In this document: positions 38,335 to 49,644 of the stretch, in pieces
Layout: each line of letters begins with the position of its first letter
Numbering within the stretch: position 1 is the first letter of the stretch
Made by a program: the position numbers and the translations under genes
Origin: Macrostomum lignano
Lineage: Eukaryota
Direction: 5' to 3'
DNA: 62,692 nucleotides
Assembly: GCA_002269645.1 (NCBI GenBank)
Contig: NIVC01001436.1
Span: forward strand, 1-62,692
The notes under the pieces: model-generated
Database searches by the model: none
Told to the model about the DNA's origin: nothing
The model's input: the letters and a program-made list of their open reading frames with translations, nothing else

Positions 38335-38462
38335 GTCTATGGTAAAACTCCATTCAGTGACGTGCATTCGCGAGAGGTTACTAATTTTACTGGTTAATGT
38401 TTCTATAATAGATGGGCCACTCCTTGTGGTAGCGCGAAAACTCCAGGGTTTTGACCATAGAC
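38335..38462. mobile_element. 128-bp mini-element with ~15-bp terminal inverted repeats (GTCTATGGT(C)AAAAC)
   Basis: GTCTATGGTAAAAC at 38335 and GTTTTGACCATAGAC ending at 38462 are inverted copies. The same motif recurs in the adjacent element. Confidence 0.5.
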
Positions 38463-38783
38463 TATAGCTTCTGCTGCTCTCAAGGTATTAGCAGCAGCAG
38501 CTGGTGTCTGTGGCCCAAACCCCTGGGTTTTCGGGGCCTCTGGGACGGCCGCTAAATATATAGCTTTTTGCAGCCCATTTGGGCTTACGCGCATTTAATT
38601 TAATCCAAGATAAGTTTGCCAATGTAACAGAGCTTTTGTCTATGGTAGCAAGGCTGGCGCAGCGGCATTTAATTTGGTCCAACAAGCATCAATTTGGTCC
38701 AAACACTCGTGAGCCATTGGACAAACTCTTGCCTTCTCTCAACCGTCTGCAGGTTGTTGTGCACCGCTGGAATGTCAGCGTCT

Positions 38784-39150
38784 CTACCAGCAATTTTCAG
38801 TTGCTTTTCCAGAGCTCTGCTGATAGTTAAAATCTGATAACCAACTGGAGCTGTTCCCTCCCCTCAACTTCTGCTGCATTTCTGCAACGTCAACAAAGGG
38901 TTCGTCTCCACTGCATCGAGTAGCAGTTGGACCTGAGGCTCTCGAGCAACTTTCCTTGGCGATTGCCACCCTTTCGCAGGCAATCTCTGCCGGCAGAGTT
39001 TCAAGGCGCTGCTGGATGCTGTAAACCACCTTTTCTTTTACATTCAGCAACCTTGCAATGTCCTTTGGGTGTTCACCTCCGTCGAGTGCTTCGATCACAA
39101 GCCAATGACATTCGTTCAACAGCCTAGCATATGGTCCACAATTCTGGGAC
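38784..39150 (-). other. Short ORF or exon with a helix-turn-helix-like segment inside the IR-bounded element
   Basis: RLLNECHWLVIEALDGGEHPKDIARLLNVKEKVVYSIQQR fits the pattern of Tc1/IS630-type N-terminal HTH domains (I..L..G.S...IAR.L.V....VY.I..R). The frame is open upstream and has no clear ATG. Confidence 0.45.
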
Positions 39151-39463
39151 TGTAATATTCCTGCACGAAAACGAGTGCGTCAATGGCAAAAGCACGAGTG
39201 CGCGAAGCGCACGAGTGCATTTTGCCATAGACGCACGAGTTTGCGTGTAGGAAAATCATTGTCTTTTGACCATAGACAAAGTCATTCCTGCACGGTTTTC
39301 GAGAAACGTTAAGAAGAGATGAAAATTGAGTGGAGAGTTTATATAAAAGTGTATAAAGCTTATTGACTATGGCGTCTGTAATCGAATCGGCTCTGAATCC
39401 TCCATAAATTGATTTTCGCTACGCTACGGTGTCTGGATTAAGTGGCGACGAAATGTTTATTGA

Positions 39464-39986
39464 AAGTGTGTTCAGCATTGTGTGCGACCTACAGTTGTTA
39501 CGGAGCTGCATGAAGCTGGCTTTTCTGTCGAAAAAATTGCGAAGGTGACAGGTCACAAGGCGAGCAATTCTTTATTCTTAGTAAGTTTATTGACACATGG
39601 ACAAGGAATTTATTAAACACCACCTCTATTCACAGAATAGCGCGTCGGTAGAACGATACATCCGGAGAGGCAAGAAGAGGGACTCGATCATGGCAGGGAT
39701 GAGTGATCAGCTGACAGTCGCTCTAGCTGGAACTATGCCGGCACCAAGTTCTACATTGAGCGAAGCTCCTGCAAGGGCTGTTACAACTACCGACCCGTGC
39801 GCCCTGAGCGACGCTCCTACAAGGGCTGTTGCGACTACCGACCCGTGCGGATCAGCGTCAATGTCAACTGTCAAGAAGTCACTGGTTGTTGAAGAATCGA
39901 CCACCACACTTGTAGCAGCCCCCACTAAGCGGATGAAGATTTTGGCAAACGGCGAAACGAATGTTGTGCAGTTTATTTTCGAGTAA
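39464..39986 (+). pseudogene. Truncated tyrosine recombinase (Crypton/DUF3504-like C-terminal catalytic box)
   Basis: 39476-39559 reads HCVRPTVVTELHEAGFSVEKIAKVTGHK. Removing 39560-39635 (GCGAGC...CACAG) continues NSASVERYIRR..., giving HxxR-x22-H-x8-Y. An in-frame TGA lies at 39461, and the N-terminal catalytic Arg/Lys region is not seen. Confidence 0.7.
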
Positions 39987-41394
39987 ATGCCGAGAGGGGT
40001 GTGAGTAGGTCTATAGACTCATTAACTGTTTCCCTAGTTCCACTTATTATCCTTTTTGTTCTTCCATATTGTTATTGATTACATATTCAGTTGCTTCTAA
40101 AAAAACTGTTAAATCGTGCAGGAATGAAGTCATTCCTGCACGATAAGCTAACGTATGTCAAGTGATTTCTACCATAGACACAGACATTCCTGCACGATAA
40201 TAAATCGAAAAAATCATTCCTGCACGCTGTGGTCAAACGACAATGAGCTGCAAATGGACTAAATGGACCAAATTGATGCTTGTTGGACTAAATTAAATGC
40301 CGCTGTGCCAGCCTTGCTACCATAGACAAAAGCTCCATTACTTTGACAAACATATCTTGGATTAAATTCAATGCGCGTGAGCCCAAATGGGCTGCAAAAA
40401 GCTATATTACGGAATGATGGAGTGGCACATCTAGGTAGTATAGAATCCAATCCAGCATATTTAAACTAAACTAAACTAAGACGGGCCAATAAGAATCAAT
40501 GCACTATTTTCGTCATTTTTTATTCACATAATATTACTATTTTTAATTGCATCTCCAGCAGGTAAAAATCTTAACTAAGCTGTAAAAAGGGGGTTGGTCA
40601 AGAGAACACGACAGAAGCCTCTCCGCTCTCCGCAGTTTAGCGATCTGCACTGCATTGTAGACGGACTCTGTTAATTACGTCTTGTCAAACACCTTCAAAT
40701 ACGTTTGACCGAATCATTAACAAGTCTTAGTCGCACCTACAGAGCCCAGCAATTATCGCTAGGCAGGCAGGTTAAATGAAACATGATCTGGAATGGAGTT
40801 TCTTCCATCAGAAAAATAATTGAATGTCCTAATTTTAAGCTAGAACTCCTTGACTAGCCAGAAAGAATGAAGCAGAAGGTGAAGAAAGAAAAAAATAAGA
40901 AAAATTGTTTCTGAGGCGGCCCCTTGTGAGACCCAGTTGAAGAGGCACAGATCGTTAGCACTTGCCGCCATGATGTTGTCTCTCAGGCTTCAGACTCGCG
41001 GGCTTCTGTCGATAGTTGCTTCATGCATGCTTTACACCGAATAGTAGCAGCAAGCTGCTAGACAAGCTCGAAGCAGCTCGGAACAATTCTGTAACTCGCA
41101 CAAAAGCAAATAAACAGGCACACCGCCCGTGCAAACTCTGCTTAAGTATCAGACTCTCCCGCCATAGAAACTGTGCCTGATTGCAGCGGCAACTCTGCTG
41201 ACTGTGCTGCCGAGTTGTCATGCGGGGCGAATTTGATACATTTTGTATTATTATATACGAATTTGGAGTCAGGGCATTGTTGATGCTTGCTTAGCCAGGA
41301 GCTCCCGACTGACTTTTGCTGTTCACTCTTCCACTTACTGTATGAACTTTTTGGCCTCCTGCATGCATGCCATTAGCGTGTCTGCTTAGTCTGC

Positions 41395-42005
41395 ATCTAT
41401 CTATCTGACATTGCTGCGACTCTATCTGACATTGCTGCGACTCTATCTGACATTGCTGCGACTCTATCTGACATTGCTGCGACTCTATCTTACATTGCTG
41501 CGACTCTGTCTGACATTGCTGCGATTCTGTCTTACATTGCTGCGATTCTATCTGACATTGCTGCGACTCTATCTGACATTGCTGCGACTCTGTCTGACAT
41601 TGCTGCGACTCTGTCTGACATTGCTGCGATTCTATCTGACATTGCTGCGACTCTGTCTGACATTGCTGCGATTCTATCTTACATTGCTGCGACTCTGTCT
41701 GACATTGCTGCGACTCTATCTGACATTGCTGCGACTCTATCTGACATTTCTGCCGATTGTCTATCTGACATTTCTGCATATTGTCTATCTGACATTGCTG
41801 CGATTCTATCTGACATTGCTGCGACTTTGTCTGACATTGCTGCCGATTGTCTATCTGACATTTCTGCCGATTGTCTATCTGACATTTCTGCATATTGTCT
41901 ATCTGACATTGCTGCGACTCTGTCTGACATTGCTGCGACTCTATCTGACATTTCTGCCGATTGTCTATCTGACATTTCTGCCGATTGTCTGTCTATCTGA
42001 CATTT
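41395..42005. repeat. 21-bp array (CTATCTGACATTGCTGCGACT)
   Basis: Seen directly. Confidence 0.93.
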
Positions 42006-43485
42006 CTGCCAACTTTCAGAGCCTGTATTGTCATTCAACGCAGCCACAGGCATCTTGTTTAGCCGCTGCGCAATATAAGAGCTGGTAACTGACTGACAGC
42101 GGGTGTTTAACCGCTGCTAGCTTTAATTTTCCTATTGTGTTTAGAGCTGCCTGCCTGCAAGAAAGATTTGAGTAACTCGCTGTTCAAAGGGTTAAAAATA
42201 GCACAAATTTTCAGGCTCTGGGCTCGGGTCTCGTAAAGACAGCGTGTCAGCATCGTCTGTCAAACAGCTGTCAAAAAGCCTCACATCGTTGGAATTTTGT
42301 TGTTTCAAAGGAATCAAATGGAAGAGTTTAATATGTTAAGCTGTTGAGATTGTTTTACTAGTCAAATGAACTGTACCGCCCACCTTGCGACTGAGGACTG
42401 CTGTCTAACCTGCAAGAGAAATGCTTGACTCAACTGGCTCAGGAAATTTTAATTACTATCAAGATAATGAGCAATTGCACATTAACTACTTTTCTCACCT
42501 CTGCTCTGTCTCCTCTGCTCTCTCCCATCTCCAATCTTCTCACTTCTCTGTCCTCTCCCTCCTTTCTTTAAATGCCGCATCAATTTTTCTTATAATCGAG
42601 CCGATTTGTTTCTTAATACTAGCTTGTCCGAGTAACGATCGTAAATCAGACTACTTTTTATCAGGCATTATTAAAACGTTGAAATTGCTGGTGAAACCCA
42701 ACGATCGATTTCTGTTCCAAATAAATGTAAAAAAACTTCATCTAGTTTAGAATTTGCTGATTAAATAAACAAATTTTTTTATTCAGCAAAACGGCAACAA
42801 AAGCAACTGTTTGAGTTTAGATGTTTATTAATTTGTTAATCAGAGCCGAGAATTCAGCAAATTTTCAATAAAAATCAGCGGGACAGATAAAAAATGGCTA
42901 AAATTGTACAGACTAAAAGGTTAAAGTTTTTTCATATAATTTTCCGGCTTCATTTTGCTTTAAGGGGAAAGGCAATGTTTTTAGCAAAACAAGCAGGAGT
43001 GGCCTAGAAATTATTAGAGAGGAGGGGGATAGAGGGGAGAGAGGTGGACATGAGAAAGAAGGGGTGAGAAAAGAGAGAAATATAAACAGAGAGATGAGAC
43101 AAAATAGAAAAGAGATAGAAGCAGAGATGAGACATAATAGACAAGAGATAGAGACAGAGATGAGACATGATAGGAAATAGATAGAAACAGAGATGAGATA
43201 GAATCACAATACACAGTAAAGTGATTTGCATCGCTAAAAAAGGTACCCTGCAACTCGTACGCATCAACAGCAAGAAGCGGACAGTGCTCAAATGTTCATA
43301 TAGTAAGAGTAGAGACAGTTTTCAGTGAGTTCAATTTAATTACAATTATAACAGATTAGCAATTTACCGTTAGGGTATCTATTAAAGTTAACTGACTATA
43401 CCAGTGTGAGCTCTGGCATGCAGAGCCTCCTCAATATTCAGTTTTCATATTTTAATAAAAATAAGTTCATCGATTCTGCAGACTC

Positions 43486-46400
43486 TCACGAATAGGAGGA
43501 GAACGCGGCTGGTGAACATTGGCCATGGAAATTCCACAGCATCTGGTGTTGAAGCTGCTGCTGCTGCTGCTGATGCTGCTGCTGCGGTGGTGGTGGCGCA
43601 GGCATCAGCGGCACCGGAGGCTTCGGCGGATCAGCGCGGTTGAGCGTCTCCACGATGGACCAAATGCGAGGCTTCTGCGGCACCGGCGGCGGCACCTCTT
43701 CAAGCCTCCGTCGTTTCGCCTGAATCTCATCGCAGTTGTCGGCCTCGTCTTCGTCTAGGAGGAGATGGCGCTCGTTGAAGTGAGATTTTCTCGACTGAGA
43801 ACCCGCTTCTGCTCTGCCTGGTGCAGCTTCCTGGTCTTCACAAGCCTCGCTGTCTTCCGGATCTTCATCATCCTCGTCATCGCCAGCATCATGAGAGCCG
43901 GCCCTCGGCGTCCAAGTCATGCGATTCTCCTTCTTCAGTCGGCGACGAGCGTTCGCGAACCAGGTGGACACCTGCGGGATGTTGGTGAGGGGATCAGAGG
44001 GATTCAATGTTTTGTGATGTCAACTCGATCTTCGTCTGATCCCAGATCCCAGTGTGTTTGGCGTCACTGATCCCAGTGTGTTTGGCGCCACCGATCCCAG
44101 TGTGTTTGGCGCCACCGATCCCAGTGTGTTTGGCGCCACCGATCCCAGTGTGTTTGGCGCCACTGATCCCAGTGTGTTTGGCGCCACTGATCACAGTGTG
44201 TTTGGCGCCACTGATAACAGTGTTGTTGGCGCCACTGATAACAGTGTGTTTGGCGCCACCGATCCCAGTGTGTTTGGCGCCACTGATAACAGTGTTGTTG
44301 GCGCCACTGATAACAGTGTTGTTGGCGCTACTTATCCAATTGTGTTTGGCATCTAAAAATGGCTTTATTTCAGATCCCACATCGCAACTCGTGGGATGCA
44401 TTCAAACAGCCTAAAACTAATAAAAGCTTGAAAATATATATTCATAAATCTATCAGCTGCCGCAGACATCCCGAAAGAATGTTTTTAACTCTACTCCGCT
44501 GCATCTGCAGCAGTTGTTGAAACGCTTGGGATAAAAAAGTGATCCGTTTCGCTGTGTTGATGCATTAATGCCATCCGTCCATAAGCGGTATTTTCAACGG
44601 CCCCTGAGCGACAAAGCGGAACAGCGGAATTGAGAAGTGTGCGACGCCCCATGGTGCCAGTGTTTAACGCAGCTAAAATCCGAAAGTGATGGTTCCGGGG
44701 TATCGACTGACGAGCCGTGACAGCTGCCTCCCCCCACCGAACATAATGGCGGTGTGCATTTTTGCTTTATTCCAGAGTATTCTTCCGCGTCGTGATGTAA
44801 CTGCCGCCCGAATTCAGCGCAAGCAATTCAGCTGACGTTTTTTTATTTTTAGGAGATTGGCTAAATAATGCGCTCTCACGGCTTTGCTCATGACCGCACC
44901 GTAGCGTTGGGCCTGATGTTGTGCGCTCAAATCACTCCACACAGCATCAACACAGCTATCTACTACCGTGTCTGATTGTGTAGATTACCGTGTCTGATTG
45001 TGTAGATTACCGTGTCTGATTGTGTAGATTACCGTGTCTGATTGTGTAGATTACTGTGTCTGATTGTGTAGTTTACCGTGTCTGATTGTGTAGATTACCG
45101 TGTCTGATTGTGTAGATTACCGTGTCTGATTGTGTAGATTACCGTGTCTGATTGTGTAGATTACCGTGTCTGATTGTGTAGATTACCGTGTCTGATTGTG
45201 TAGATTACCGTGTCTGATTGTGTAGATTACCGTGTCTGATTGTGTAGATTACCGTGTCTGATTGTCTAGATTACCGTGTCTGATTGTGTAGATTACCGTG
45301 TCTGATTGTGTAGATTACCGTGTCCGATTGTGTAGATTACCGTGTCTGATTGTGTAGATTACCGTGTCTGATTGTGTAGATTACCGTTTCTGATTGTGTA
45401 GATTACCGTGTCTGATTGTCTAGATTACCGTGTCTGATTGTGTAGATTACCGTGTCTGATTGTCTAGATTACCGTGTCTGATTGTCTCTATTACCGTTTC
45501 TGATTGTCCAGATTACCGTGTCTGATTGTCCAGATTACCGTGTCTGATTGTGTAGATTACCGTGTCTGATTGTCCAGATTACCGTGTCTGATTGTCCAGA
45601 TTACCGTGTCTGATTGTCCAGATTACTGTGTCTGATTTCAACGCTTTACCATAACTTCATAAAAAAGCATTGTCAAGATTTCTCAGCCGCATCTCTTTAG
45701 TTGGCTGTGTTCAATATAGAAAATGGTATAAACAATGAAGAGCTGCATACCTGTGTCAGACTCATGGCTGTCACTAGAGCCAGCATAACTTTCTCCCCTT
45801 TAGTCGGATAGGGATTCTTCCTGTGCTCGTTCAGCCAAGCCTTCAGCACGCTGGTTGTCTCTCTGGTAGCATTCTTCCTCTTTGGCTGTAGGTAGGAGCC
45901 CACCGGCCCGCCGTAGCTTGCCGCTGCTGCGGCGGCCGCGGAGGCAGCGGCGGCGGCGGCTGCTGTGGAAGAGTTCGGCAAATCCGCGGGAGCTGCCAAC
46001 GGCGCGGTGAACCGGGGGATCGCGCTGTAGCTTGACTGACCTGCGGCTGCTGCGGCTGCCACCGCCTGCTGTAGATGGCACCAGTCCTGAGCTGTCGGTG
46101 GGTGGATTGATAGCTAGTTTGACTAACTCATCTGCTGGTAAATTGATAGCTAATGGAAGCACAGGGGCGTCATTCTCGGTCCTCTGTTCTCCCGGTCCCT
46201 CACCGGTGCCCTCTACTCCCGGTCCTTTACCACCGATGCTCTCTACTCCCAGTCCTTTACCACCGATGCTCTCTACTCCCGGTCCTTTACCACCGATGCT
46301 CTCTACTCCCGGTCCTTTACCACCGATGCTCTCTACTCCCAGTCCTTTACCTCCGGTACTCTCTACTCCCGGTCCTTTACCACCGGTGCTCTCTACTCCC

Positions 46401-47126
46401 GGTCCTTTACCACCGATGCTCTCTACTCCCGGTCCTTTACCACCGATGCTCTCTACTCCCAGTCCTTTACCTCCGGTACTCTCTACTCCCGGTCCTTTAC
46501 CACCGGTGCTCTCTACTCCCGGTCCTTTACCTCCGGTACTCTCTACTCCCGGTCCTTTACCACCGGTGCTCTCTACTCCCGGTCCTTTACCACCGGTGCT
46601 CTCTACTCCCGGTCCTTTACCTCCGGTACTCTCTACTCCCGGTCCTTTACCTCCGGTGCTCTCTACTCCCGGTCCTTTACCTCCGGTACTCTCTACTCCC
46701 GGTCCTTTACCACCGGTGCTCTCTACTCCCGGTCCTTTACCACCGGTGCTCTCTACTCCCGGTCCTTTACCTCCGGTACTCTCTACTCCCGGTCCTTTAC
46801 CACCGGTGCTCTCTACTCCCGGTCCTTTACCTCCGGTGCTCTCTACTCCCGGTCCTTTACCTCCGGTGCTCTCTACTCCCGGTCCTTTACCTCCGGTGCT
46901 CTCTACTCCCGGTCCTTTACCACCGGTGCTCTCTACTCCCGGTCCTTCACGCAAGCAGATTATCAGCAGACACGCACAACTCACCAACAGACTCGGTGGT
47001 TACAGCAGACAGGTGAAGGAAATCCCAGTTCTGAGTCGGCAGTCGTGGCGGAGGCGTCGGCATACCCGGCAGTCGCAGTGACCCGTGAGCAGATGCCAAA
47101 CCGTTATTCCAGTTGCTGTCACTCAT
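43486..47126 (-). CDS. irx: Iroquois-class TALE homeobox transcription factor, ~322 aa
   Basis: Exons 47126-46985, 46091-45751 and 43971-43486 (phases 1, 0). Homeodomain [44 protein letters not shown]|[20 protein letters not shown], followed by an acidic tract and the IRO box [11 protein letters not shown]. Confidence 0.95.
44030..44340. repeat. 24-bp array (GATCCCAGTGTGTTTGGCGCCAC.), irx intron 2
   Basis: Seen directly. Confidence 0.92.
44965..45635. repeat. 22-bp array (TAGATTACCGTGTCTGATTGTG), irx intron 2
   Basis: Seen directly. Confidence 0.95.
46185..46945. repeat. 30-bp array (CTCTCTACTCCCGGTCCTTTACCACCGGTG), irx intron 1
   Basis: Seen directly. It is the source of the 287-395 aa repeat ORFs. 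Confidence 0.95.
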
Positions 47127-47287
47127 GCTCCGCTTGCTAGATATTTAAAAATAACTTTAGCGCTTTCGCGGCTTTAATTGGCGTCGGACTGTCTACGGTG
47201 GCCAAGGTGCTAAAATTGGAGCAATTTAAACGTGCCAGTAGCAAATTTTACATCGAATAATAGTTATAGGACGGCAGCTCACAGGCC

Positions 47288-47326
47288 GCTGATTGGCTGC
47301 GGCTAATTTGGGGTGCCAACCAATGA
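47288..47326 (-). promoter_or_regulatory. Two oppositely oriented CCAAT boxes ~170-200 bp upstream of the irx start codon
   Basis: GATTGG at 47291-47296 and CCAATG at 47320-47325. Position is the only support. Confidence 0.3.
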
Positions 47327-47589
47327 GGGAGCTTCTTACTAGTGCCGCGTGTCATGTTTAAACAGTACGGTGACATGCTTATGCGTTCTACATTATGCAA
47401 TAGGCATTAAACATGAGATTTATTAACGTGGGGTCATGTAGAACAGCTCTGACAGTAATTGGTTATTTACTGGGCCTCTCTACTATCCAGGGGCGTAGCC
47501 AGGGTTTTTATGGAGGGCGCGTCTTTGCGGGCGCCACTTACTGGCAACACTTTAGGAAGCGCCATTTTAATGAAGTGGCGCCAATTTAC

Positions 47590-47900
47590 TGTAGGGTGTG
47601 CCAGTTTACTGTAGGGTGCTCCGGTTTAGTGTGTAGGGTGCTCCGGTTTACTGTAGGGTGCGCCGGTTTAGTGTGTAGGGTGCGCCGGTTTAGTGTATAG
47701 GGTGCGCCGGTTTAGTGTGTAGGGTGCTCCGGTTTAGTGTGTAGGGTGCTCCGGTTTAGTGTGTAGGGTGCTCCGGTTTAGTGTGTAGGGTGCGCCGGTT
47801 TAGTGTGTAGGGTGCGCCGGTTTAGTGTGTAGGGTGCGCCGGGGACGCCAGCACAGGGGACGCCAGCACCGGGGACGCCAGCACAGGGGACGCCAGCACC
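47590..47900. repeat. 22-bp array (AGGGTGCGCCGGTTTAGTGTGT) followed by GGGGACGCCAGCAC repeats
   Basis: Seen directly. Confidence 0.9.
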
Positions 47901-48714
47901 GGGGAAGGCCGCTCTGCACCGGCTCCTTCTACATCTAAATCCCACAGCTCTGCATGAGTAGGTACGCGAACACTAAATTTAGGTTATGTAACAGCTACGA
48001 ACGCCAGGTATTTATTGACACAAATATTCGCAAGCGCTCTCGCTGATAGAAACTGCCCCGGCGGCTTAATTCCCAGATTTTCACTCACTTCTCATTCGAA
48101 TCTTAATCTAATCAGTTTGGGAGAGAGGGGAATTAGCGCAGGTGAATGCTTTATAATATTATTCACAGTGCAATATAATCAACATAACTTTTAGTGCTGT
48201 TATTGTTGAAACAATTTACTCTCAATAAAGCCAGACTTCGAGCAGGGATATAGTTCGTTTAGTGGGCTGTTATTTAAGCCGCAGCACGTTGAGAAATATA
48301 GAGGGTCCTGAACAGTGTTACGCAACTATTAACACCTATCAGTCTGCCTGCCGCCCCCGACCCCGTAGGCATTAGGGTGACAATTTTCGCACCTTATTAG
48401 AGAGCGAGAGATCCAGCCTAATTGCCAAAGCAACCGGCAGGCAGAGTTCTCCGTTTTTTTATATTGATCGGGCATTGTTTAAAAAATGATAGAATTAAGC
48501 AATATCATCGGCAATTAACAATTATAGCAAGATGTGAGCCAGAGTTTTAATTTTTTGACGCGCATTTTAGGGGTGGCTGCATTTTAAATATTGTCACGTG
48601 ACTCATCGTGTAGGATGAATTGTGCTTTTACTGCTCTGTTAGATACTAAGGTACACAATTAAGACATTTACGGCTCGCAAATAGCCTAGAACAGCTAGCT
48701 GAAATAAGATATGC

Positions 48715-49190
48715 ACTACCTACTTTTATCTAGGTGATATAGACATCTACCTATCTTTATCTAGGTGATATAGACATCTACCTATCTTTATCTAGGTAAT
48801 AGACATCTACCTATCTTTATCTAGGTGATATAGACATCTACCTATCTTTGTCTAGGTGATATAGACATCTACCTATCTTTATCTAGGTGATATAGACATC
48901 TACCTATCTTTATCAAGGTGATATAGACATCTACCTATCTTTATCTAGGTAATAGACATCTACCTATCTTTATCTAGGTGATATAGACATCTACCTATCT
49001 TTATCTAGGTGATATAGACATTTACCTACCTTTATCTAGGTAATTTAAAAATCAATTTACCTTTATCCAGGTAATAGACATCTACCTAAATTTATCTAGG
49101 TAATAGACATCTGCCTACCTTTATCTAGGTAATATAGACATCTAACTACCTTTAGGTGATTTAGACATCTGCCTATCTTTATCTAGATAA
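48715..49190. repeat. ~31-bp AT-rich array (ATCTACCTATCTTTATCTAGGTGATATAGAC)
   Basis: Seen directly. Confidence 0.92.
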
Positions 49191-49644
49191 TGTCTACCAT
49201 AAACTCAACAGGAAATTTATCTTGCCTATCAATTTTTTGTGAAAAAAATTAACTTTCATTAATCCATTTTTCATGTTTATAGTATTCAACAAAACAATAA
49301 ACGGTGGTCACTACTGACAATAGAATTAGTACAGTTGCTCATTTTAAGGAGTGTTTAAAATTTTGTTTTTTTTGAAATCAATTATTTTTGCGCAAGTTTA
49401 ACAGATTGACAAATTGAGAAATTGTTATTTCAATTTGATTTTATTTGTAACGAAAGCCGCATTTTGATATGTTTAGCGTTCGCGGTAAAACATGCTCAAT
49501 GGTTGACTTTCTTTATTCGAAAGCAAATTTGTGTGCAAAGGAAAATGGTTGAGTAGAAAAGAACGGGTGAATTACAGGGTGAGCTGGAGAAGGGTTGAGA
49601 AAAAGGGGAGAAAGGTTAGATGGGAATGTAGGGTGAAAGATTGG

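Larger units (their letters stand above)
38558..40407. mobile_element. Inverted-repeat-bounded element carrying a tyrosine-recombinase remnant (Crypton-like, non-autonomous or composite)
   Basis: 38558-38701 and 40264-40407 are 144-bp inverted copies with scattered mismatches, both ending in TA-rich sequence. The interior holds a recombinase C-terminal motif, an HTH-like ORF and repeated CCATAGAC and CATTCCTGCACG motifs. Confidence 0.75.

Noticed and set aside
41339-42053. Possible small-exon minus-strand gene (MPVAALNDNTGSE / NTLMACMQEAKKFI) flanking the 21-bp array
   Set aside because: The phases fit, but the splice signals are weak, no downstream exon could be joined, and there is no family motif.
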